The notes beneath the pieces were generated by a model that did not search any database, had not been told where the DNA came from, and saw nothing but the letters and a program-made list of their open reading frames with translations. The translations under genes and the position numbers were made by a program. This document shows positions 40,429-50,300 of a stretch of 64,000 nucleotides of DNA, one piece after another. The stretch comes from Heptranchias perlo (taxonomy: Eukaryota). The stretch covers positions 4,712,001-4,776,000 of the forward strand of contig NC_090340.1 of NCBI RefSeq assembly GCF_035084215.1, read 5' to 3'. Numbering within the stretch: position 1 is the first letter of the stretch; the number at the start of each line of letters is the position of its first letter.

Positions 40429-40974
40429 TATAGGCCAAGCCTCATGTCTTAGCGGGCTGATTCTCCAGGCGTGGGGCATCTCACACTCGCACTGCTTGTC
40501 TCCAGTTATCTCTCGATTAAATTCGGAAATTGGCTGACGAGCTGTGTTGCCAATTTAGCCTTAACCTGATGTAAGTGTAGCTGCAGAGCTCGTAAAAAAA
40601 TGATTAACTTCCATAGTCCATATACGGCCCATAAATTTGTAATAATAACCCGAGGATAAATTTGAAACTCGACACATTTATTAAAACTACATTCAATTGC
40701 CTCCTCTACCACAATCTGTTCGGGCCATCAGATCAGGTAGTTTTGACACCATCCAAGAAACTATGGGACTTCCTCCCGTCCAAAATAGTACCTGTTACAC
40801 GAATGAACCCGATGATTGAATCTTTGGCACTGAAGCAATCCTCTTCAGCTCAACCATGCAAACATTAAACAGATTCTTCAGAATCAAAAATAGTAAAGAC
40901 TTGCAATATTCGTACTTCGTGGCTGGCGAAGAGCTCATGTATAATTTTAATAAACTCCCCCTACTTTTGCTGTA

Positions 40975-41110
40975 ACTACAGCTTCCTCGTTCCTGTTACC
41001 GATTCTGATCACAGCTGCACCCGCAAATCTTACTCGAAGGGGCATGTTTTTCTCCACTGTACACCACTCCGCAACAAAACAGTAATGTGGTATTTGACGT
41101 CACAGATAAT
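40975..41110 (+). promoter_or_regulatory. Putative haematopoietic promoter cluster for the IgSF gene
   Basis: ETS-like CTTCCT/GTTCCT near 40982-40994, E-box CAGCTG, RUNX TGTGGT 41086-41091, perfect CRE TGACGTCA 41095-41102 and GATA AGATAA 41104-41109, all 200-340 bp upstream of the candidate ATG. Confidence 0.4.
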
Positions 41111-41317
41111 AATGAAATTATATTAGATACACAGCCGCCCATTCATCAATTTTTCATCCATTCAGTTCTCAGTCACAAAGGATGATATACTGTACTTTCA
41201 GTACACGATATGTCTATGAGTTTGTCACTTTGGAGCATTTGTTCCTTGGGCATATTCTATCAAGGCAGGCTTTTATTTTTGTTGTTATCAATCAATTTTT
41301 CCTGAAAAAGAAACAGC

Positions 41318-41340
41318 ATGAAGCCGATAATATATTTGAG
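41318..41340 (+). CDS. Candidate first coding exon (MKPIIYLR, phase-2 donor)
   Basis: agcATGa context (A at -3). GAG|gtacaa donor is phase 2, matching the acceptor ttcag|a at 41556. Branch-point-like TACTAAT at about 41507-41513. Confidence 0.55.
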
Positions 41341-44300
41341 GTACAATCGGATATTGTTTCATGCTGGATTAATTTGAAGTATTTTTTATCATTTCCCTTG
41401 CCAAAGGGAAACATCAAGTTGAGAAAGGTGATGTTATTTTTCGTCATTCAATGAGGAAACAATTTCATCAGATGGAGAATAATTCTCCGCGTTAGGTACA
41501 TTCAATTACTAATGTATCAATGGATTGGATGGAAAAACTTATTTTGGTGGTTCAGATCATCTTCCCTGTGTAAGAATTATTTAATCGTGTGGCTTCTTTT
41601 GTTGATAGTTGCTGTGGACATTTCAGGCAAATTGATTCCGGATATTACAAAAAAGAAGGCAGTAAGAGGTACGAACATTACCTTGAAATGTCCTTTTCCC
41701 TTCGATCTCAATCATTCAAACATGAAGGTTCACTGGTGGAGAGAGGGCAACTTTACCTTTCTGAAAGAAGACAGTAGAACACAGTTCCAAATAGAGAAAG
41801 GCTGCGCCTTTCTTCATCTCCTGAATGTGACTGTCTCGGACAACGGGACGTATCGTTGTGCAATTAAAAATCAGAAGCAAACTGTTGGAAAAGGAACGCG
41901 TGTCGAAGTTGTTGTATATGGTAAGTATCAGTGGAACTGGAAACTTGAAGAGTTTAGTTGCTGTCGATACTCAAACTACGTTTGACATGGAATTCCAATA
42001 AGGAAATGCCCTGTGTATAAAAGAGTACAGCTTTCTAGTTGTTTATAACGACACGCATTCAACAATATGGAAACTTTCCCACTTCCAGAGTCTCTGCAAA
42101 ATGTGACAACTGACCTATATCAGCAATGTTATTGAATGTTATGTTCATCAAGGGAAGTAAATTCAAGGCTGAGAACTAAAATGCTTCTTTCCAATTTTAG
42201 CACTAAGTATCACTATGAAACACCTCGGGGTTATTTACAATGTTATAGATGTTTACAGGTCCAGTGGAGAGAAGAGGTTAGAAGAGGAAGATTCCCATTC
42301 CCTCGTTTAGACAGCGCGCTTCCCGCTTCTGCGAACCAGATACAATTCCTGAATCGGTGGAACAGGGGTGACACACACGATAAATCAGGTGTCATAGTCC
42401 AGACCAAGGTTTAAACTGGATCCTTTACGTACAAATGAAGGACATGTTCTGGCTGTAACAACAGAACGCGTTCTGTACTATTTCAACGGTTTAAGCGCAG
42501 CATGGCCATTCGTACATCATAATATCAATAAAAAGAGGTCCAACATTGAAAATAAATGTTGTTAAATTCAAAAGTGATACGTCAGTACTGCTGGCAATAA
42601 AATTGGTTAATACCTGTAGATACAGTGAAGAAAAAAATAGTTTGAGTTCCAGTCAGGATAAACAATAATTACCGTTACAAATACGATGCCCCGTCACAGG
42701 CATTGATTAATTAATGAAAACAGAGTGTAGATAAGAGTACTGGCCAAATATTTTGCTTTATCTCTTTTTGATTATTACCATTTAGCTGTTCCCACTCCGC
42801 TGAAGATTGTCGCCATAACATCCGAAGCGGCTTCTTCCGCTTCTCTGCGACTGCAGTGCAGAACAACTCCTTTTTACCCGAAGGACTTTAATCTCATCTG
42901 GCAAAAAAATGGTACCGAAATCGTGACTGGAGTTGGAACTGAACAACAGTCAAACACAGAGGGACTGTATGAAGTTATTAGCACCTTAGAAGAGACACAT
43001 CCAATCGAGCGCGGCACAATTTACACCTGTCAAGTATATCACGATTCAAACTCAATTCCAGCAAATGCCAGCTACACCGTTGGTAACGATGGTAATATTA
43101 TTGCACACGTTCTACTTGTATCAATTTCTGTGTTTCTTTGCGCAGTAATTGAGTTTGCATCGCAGATAGTGGGTAAATACAAGAAAACGCGGAAAGTGTT
43201 TACTGCATTTGTTTGCATATCATTCTGTCACCTCCGAAGTCTGGTTTTATTCCAGCTCCCATCGATCGGGTGAAGATTCTCTTTCTGTTGGTTATTGGGA
43301 TATGATGAGAAATAATTTGGACTCAAGCAACTTGGCTAATATTGGGCACCAGACCTCAGCATATTTTCCATAATATTTTGCGAACTGGCAAATATTATTG
43401 CAAGTTCACTGAGAAAGGGCACGGGTGATACCGGAAACCGAACCATGCATCATTGGGATTGGAATCGTTAGTGAGGGTTGGAGGCATGGAGTGGCGGAAT
43501 TGATGAATTTGACATTCCCGCAGCCATGACGCAATCCAAGGTAATCCCGCATCATCAGATGCACAGTGCGGAGCCCTCGAAACTGCACTAAATATGGAAT
43601 ACTTAGGTTGTTCTTGTGGAAAGATGGAAAATGTGTTCGTGAGGATTTGTTCCGAAAGGCAATTCTAGCAAATTTGTAAATGCGTCCCATTATCTGTATG
43701 CGTTCGCCTTCAATCAGCAATTGTTATTTAATGTTAAGTTTTTCAAGGAAAGTAGATTCAAGGCTGCGAACTAAAATGCTTCTTTCTAATTTTAGCACTA
43801 AGTTTACGTATAAAACATATTGGGGTCATTTGCAATGTTGTAGATGTTTAAAGGACCAATGGAAGGAAGAGGATAAAGGAGGAAGATTCCCATTCCCTCA
43901 TTTTGATGACGCGCTTCCTGTTTCTGCGCTCCAGATAAAATTCCAGAATCGTCGGTCGGTGAAACAGGCAAGACACACACGATAAATCAGATGCCGTAGT
44001 CCAGACCGAGGTTTAAACTGGATCCTTTAGGTACAGATGAAGAAAATGTTCTCGAACAGCAGAACGCGTCCTGTACTATTCCAACTGTTTAGCACAGCAT
44101 GGCGATTCGTGCACCATAAAAAGAGGCCCAATTTTGGAGAAAAAAAATTGTAAATACAACAGTGATACATCAGTACTGCTAGGGAGGAAATTGAGTAATA
44201 GAAAACACCCAAAACATATTTAATATTTTCCAACATGTCGCGACCAGATGAATTTTTATCCCAATGAACTATACTCCCATCAATTTGTGGAGGATCATTC

Positions 44301-47300
44301 TGTGTGTTTTTTCCACCTTTTTACGGATTGCTGCTAATTATCCAAACTACGCGTTATTTGAAACACGTTGTTGCCGATTTCATGCAAATCAGATGAATAA
44401 AGAGTTAATGAAATGGACCTGCTGATGCTTTATGTATTGTATTAGTGTATTCTCATAGGATTATTTTTGTAAGTGATGTTTGTGATATATAAACTTACGT
44501 ATATTCATTTTAATTTCCAAATTTTCTAATTTTGTTTAGATATCAATCTGATAGATGTTGACTCTGCATTCAGTGTTGCTCTGATCGCTAAATGTGCCGG
44601 GATTGCAGTGGTAATTCTACTGTTGACAGTTATGATTGTGAAGGGACTTCAATTCATTACATCCAAAGGTATGAAGCATCCCGACTTTCTTGATCATTGA
44701 CTATCTGTTAGCAAATTATAACAAATTCCTTAAATTAGAAATTAACGTTATAATTGATACCGATACACGCAGGCAGAGACTGTATAACATCAGTATCACA
44801 TCATTGGTAGTGGAGCTGCCCAGTTGTACAAACTATCCGAGGGATTAATGTTTAAATATTTCTGAACGTTCATCCCCATATCTGTTTGCTTCAACTCAAA
44901 TATTAGATCATAACGCGACATTAGCAGTCTTGTAGCTGGAGTTTGCTGAACTCTGTTGGTGTAGGTCTAAATCTCGTGCAGTGAATGTCTTGGGTGCATG
45001 AAGTTTACACAGCTTCATCACAAGGGACATAACACAATGGAAGCGCGCGTTTCTAGAAACCTGGAGATAAGGCGTGATACTTGCGGCCCTATTAGATCCT
45101 GCGAACTAAACTAATTGCATTTGATTTCGTGGTTCTTGTGAAACACCGAAATATTGAGCAATTCTTGGCGATTCATTTCGATTTTATTTCCCGCCAGGTA
45201 CAACGAGAAATCCAGTGAATTCTGCTCGGCATGAAGATCGGGTAACGTCACCTTACTTTTCACTCTACTTTGTTTCAAAAGGACTGAGATTTTGCACTCA
45301 AATGAGACCACGTTAAGAATGTTTCCTGCTTGGATTTATTCTGTGCTTCTAGCTGTTCTGTAATAAAAAAAGCAATTTGTGCTAAAAAAAATAACATTGT
45401 AATATAGAATAACGAACGGTGTGTTTAGAAACTCTCGCATCGATTTTAAAAGGACAGATATATTATAGAATCATAGAATCATAGAAGTTACAACATGGAA
45501 ACAGGCCCTTCGGCCCAACATGTCCATGTCGCCCAGTTTATACCACTAAGCTAGTCCCAATTGCCTGCACTTGGCCCATATCCCTCGATACCCATCTTCC
45601 CCATGTAACTGTCCAAATGCTTTTTAAAAGACAAAATTGTACCCGCCTCTACTACTGCCTCTGGCAGCTCGTTCCAGACACTCACCACCCTTTGAGTGAA
45701 AAAATTGCCCCTCTGGATCCTTTTGTATCTCTCCCCTCTCACCTTAAATCTGTGCCCCCTCGTTATAGACTCCCCTACCTTTGGGAAAAGATTTTGACTA
45801 TCGACCTTATCTATGCCCCTCATTATTTTATAGACTTCTATAAGATCACCCCTTAACCTCCTACTCTCCAGGGAATAAAGTCCCAGTCTGTCTAACCTCT
45901 CCCTGTATGTCAAACCATCAAGTCCCGGTAGCATCCTAGTAAATCTTTTCTGCACTCTTTCTAGTTTAATAATATCCTTTCTATAATAGGGTGACCAGAA
46001 CTGTACACAGTACTCCAAGTGTGGCCTCACCAATGCCCTGTACAACTTCAACAAGACATCCCAACTCCTGCATTCAATGTTCTGACCAATGAAACCAAGC
46101 ATGCTGAATGCCTTCTTCACCACCCTATCCACCTGTGACTCCACTTTCAAGGAGCTATGAATCTGTACTCCTAGATCTCTTTGTTCTATAACTCTCCCCA
46201 ACGCCCTACCATTAACGGAGTAGGTCCTGGCCCGATTCGATCTACCAAAATGCATCACCTCACATTTATCTAAATTAAACTCCATCTGCCATTCATCGGC
46301 CCACTGGCCCAATTTATCAAGATCCCGTTGCAATCCTAGATAACCTTCTTCACTGTCCACAATGCCACCAATCTTGCCTCCTAAATTCTCATCCAAATCA
46401 TTAATATAAATAACAAATAACAGCGGACCCAGCACCGATCCCTGAGGCACACCGCTGGACACAGGCATCCAGTTTGAAAAACAACCCTCTACAACCACCC
46501 TCTGTCTTCTGTCGTCAAGCCAATTTTGTATCCAATTGGCTACCTCACCTTGGATCCCATGAGATTTAACCTTATGTAACAACCTACCATGCGGTACCTT
46601 GTCAAATGCTTTGCTGAAGTCCATGTAGACCACGTCAACTGCACAGCCCTCATCTATCTTCTTGGTTACCCCTTCAAAAAACCCAATCAAATTCGTGAGA
46701 CATGATTTTCCTCTCACAAAACCATGCTGACTGTTCCTAATTAGTCCCTGCCTCTCCAAATGCCTGTAGATCCTGTCCCTCAGAATACCCTCTAACAACT
46801 TACCCACTACAGATGTCAGGCTCACTGGTCTGTAGTTCCCAGGCTTTTCCCTGCCGCCCTTCTTAAACAAAGGCACAACATTTGCTACCCTCCAATCTTC
46901 AGGCACCTCACCTGTCGCGGTGGATGATTCAAATATCTCTGCTAGGGGACCCGCAATTTCCTCCCTAACCTCCCATAACGTCCTGGGATACATTTCATCA
47001 GGTCCCGGAGATTTATCTACCTTGATGCGCGTTAAGACTTCCAGCACCTCCCTCTCTGTAATATGTACACTCCTCAAGACATCACTATTTATTTCCCCAA
47101 GTTCCCTAACATCCATGCCTTTCTCAACCGTAAATACCGATGTGAAATATTCATTCAGGATCTCACCCATCTCTTGTGGTTCCGCACTTAGATGACCTTG
47201 TTGATCCTTAAGAGGCCCTACTCTCTCCCTAGTTACCCTTTTGCCCTTTATGTATTTGTAGAAGCTCTTTGGATTCACCTTTGCCTGATCTGCCAAAGCA

Positions 47301-50300
47301 ATCTCATATCCCCTTTTTGCCCTCCTGATTTCTCTCTTAACTCTACTCCGGCAATCTCTATACTCTTCAAGGGATCCACTTGATCCCAGCTGCCTATGCA
47401 TGTCATATGCCTCCTTCTTATTTTTGACTAGTGCCTCAATCTCCCGAGTCATCCAAGGTTCCCTACTTCTACCAGCCTTGCCCTTCACTTTATAAGGAAT
47501 GTGCTTGCCCTGAACCCTGGTTAACACACTTTTGAAAGCCTCCCACTTACCAGACGTCCCTTTGCCTGCCAACAGACTTTCCCAATCAACTTCTGAAAGT
47601 TCCTGTCTAATACCATCAAAATTGGCCTTTCCCCAATTTAGAATTTTAACTTTTGGGCCAGACCTATCCTTCTCCATAGCTATCTTAAAACTAATGGAAT
47701 TATGATCACTGGTCCCAAAGTGATCCCTCACTAACACTTCTGTCACCTGCCCTTCCTTATTTCCCAAGAGGAGGTCAAGTTTTGCCCCCTCTCTAGTCGG
47801 GCCATCCACATACTGAATGAGAAATTCCTCCTGAATACACTCAACAAATTTCTCTCCATCCAAGCCCCTAATGCTATGGCTGTCCCAGTCAATGTTGGGA
47901 AAGTTAAAGTCCCCTACTATTACCACCCTATTTTTCTTGCATCTGTCTGTAATCTCCTTACATATTTGCTCCTCAATTTCCCGTTGACTATTTGGGGGTC
48001 TGTAGTACAATCCTATCAAAGTGATCTCTCCCTTCTTATTTTTCAGTTCTACCCATATGGACTCAGTGGGCGAACCCTCGGATATATCCCCTCTCACTAC
48101 TGCCGTGATGTTCTCCCTAATCAAGAACGCAACTCCCCCTCCTCTCTTACCTCCTGCTCTATCTTTCCTATAGCATCTGTACCCTGGAACATTGAGCTGC
48201 CAGTCCTGCCCCTCCCTGCCCCTCCCTTAGCCATGTACCCATCCATGCCCTGAGTTCATCTGCCTTGCCCATCAGACTTCTTGCATTGAAATAAATGCAG
48301 TTTAATCTAGACTTCCATTGGTCTTTGCCCTGCTTTCTCAGACCATCTGTCCGGTCATGTTCTGTACACTCTCCCTTACTGCCTTTTGTTTCTGTCACCA
48401 CTTTATTTCCCACTGACTTCCTGCATCGGTTCCCATCCCCCTGCCACATTAGTTTAAACCCTCCCCAACAGCACTGGCAAACACTCCCCCTCGGACATTG
48501 GTTCCAGTCCTGCCCAGATGCAGACCGTCCAATTTGTACTGGTCCCACCTCCCCCAGAACCGGTTCCAATGGCCCAGGAATTTGAATCCCTCCAGCTTGC
48601 ACCATCTCTCAAGCCACGTATTCATCTTAGCTATCCTGTCATTCCTACTCTGACTAACCCGTGGCACTGGTAGCAATCCTGAGATTACTACCTTTGAGGT
48701 CCTACTCTTTAGTTTAACTCCTAACTCCCTAAATTCAGCTTGTAGGACCTCATCCTGTTTTTTACCTATATCGTTGGTGCCTATATGCACCACGACAACT
48801 GGCTGTTCACCCTCCCCCTCCAGAATGTCCTGCAGCCGCTCCGAGACATCCTTGACCCTTGCACCAGGGAGGCAACATACCATCCTGGAGTCTCGGTTGC
48901 GTCCGCAGAAACGCCTGTCTATTCCCCTTACAATCGAGTCCCCTATCACTATAGCTCTGCCACTCTTTTTCCTGCCCTCCTGTGCAGCAGAGCCAGCCAC
49001 GGTGCCATGAACCTGGCCACTGCCACCTTCCCCTGGTGAGCCATCTCCGCCAACAGTATCCAAAACGGTATACCTGTTTTGGAGGGAGATGACCGCAGGG
49101 GACCCCTGCACTGCCTTCCTACTCTTCCTCTGTCTGTTGGTCACCCATTCACTATCTCCCTCAGTAATTTTTATCTGCGGTGTGACCAACTCACTGAACG
49201 TGCTATCCACGACTTTCTCAGCATCGCGGATGCTCCAAAGTGAGTCCATCCGCAGCTCCAGAGCCGTCAAGCGGTCAAACAATAGCTGCAGCTGGACACA
49301 CTTCCCGCAGGTGAAGGAATCAGGGATACAGGAAGGAGCCCTGAATTCCCACATCCCACAAGAGGAACATGACACGGCGCTGGGATCTCCTGCCATGACT
49401 TAACCCTTAAATTAGCTTAAGAACAACTACAATGTCAAGAGAAAAAAAAAGGAAAGAAAAACTACTTACCACTCCCTTTAAGGAGTTTACTCCTTTAAAT
49501 TGTTCTCAATTTAGAGAATGTTAACTACACTGGGGACCTTGATTCATTAAAAATAAACGCTACTTCCTATAAGACCTGCAGACCTTCCCTTTCCTTTTAC
49601 TTCAGTTACTGTAGATAAGGAGAAATACTCACCTGAACCTACTCACCAATCAGGTGCCTCCCCTGTGTCGCGTCCCGATCTGATTCCTGACGTCACTTCG
49701 AACTCGGTCGCAGCTCCGCTCGGCTCCTCTCAGCTGTTCTCAGCGCTCTGAAATCCCGCCTTTTATCGGACGCTCCCTCCGCTCGGCTCGGCTCCTCTCA
49801 GCTCCTCTCAGCGCTCTGAAATCCCGCCTTTTATCGGACGCTCCCTCCGCTCGGCTCGGCTCCTCTCAGCTGTTCTCAGCGCTCTGAAATCCCGCCTTTT
49901 ATCGGACGCTCCCTCCGCTCGGCTCGGCTCCTCTCAGCTGTTCTCAGCGCTCTGAAATCCCGCCTTTTATCGGACGCTCCCTCCGCTCGGCTCGGCTCCT
50001 CTCAGCGCTCTGAAATCCCGCCTTTTATCGGACGCTCCCTCCGCTCGGCTCGGCTCCTCTCAGCTGTTCTCAGCGCTCTGAAATCCCGCCTTTTATCGGA
50101 CGCTCCCTCCGCTCGGCTCGGCTCCTCTCAGCTTCTACCTTCTTAAAAATTGCCTTAATATTTAAAGCACAACAGTAGTATTGAGCATTACAAAACGTTG
50201 TTCGTTTCTTTGTGCTAACCAGGTGATGGCATGGAAATGTAAACTCCCAACATTGATCCTTGTTCATCAATTGACAACAGAACTCCATAGTCGATTTGGA

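Larger units (their letters stand above)
45465..50132 (-). mobile_element. Near full-length young CR1 LINE (family A), antisense in the post-TM intron
   Basis: 5' monomer array, ORF1, ORF2 (EN+RT), and a (TTCTATGA)n-type 3' tail seen as tcatagaa repeats at about 45465-45487. Confidence 0.95.

Noticed and set aside
41512-41985. 157-aa single-exon ORF as a secreted V protein
   Set aside because: The ATG has weak context and overlaps a branch-point-like motif; the ORF runs past a consensus donor at 41921 that splices in phase to C1.
41556-43091. Rearranging Ig/TCR locus
   Set aside because: V and J motif are one exon, no flanking heptamer-nonamer was noticed, and the tail carries ITIMs.
42136-43985. 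Two similar ORFs (42136+, 43680+) as paralogous exons
   Set aside because: They are translations of the intronic direct repeat; indels break the frame and no domain is recognisable.
49713-50132. Regular repeat array resembling CRISPR
   Set aside because: Units are contiguous with no unique spacers, there are no cas genes, the context is eukaryotic, and it forms the 5' end of a CR1.
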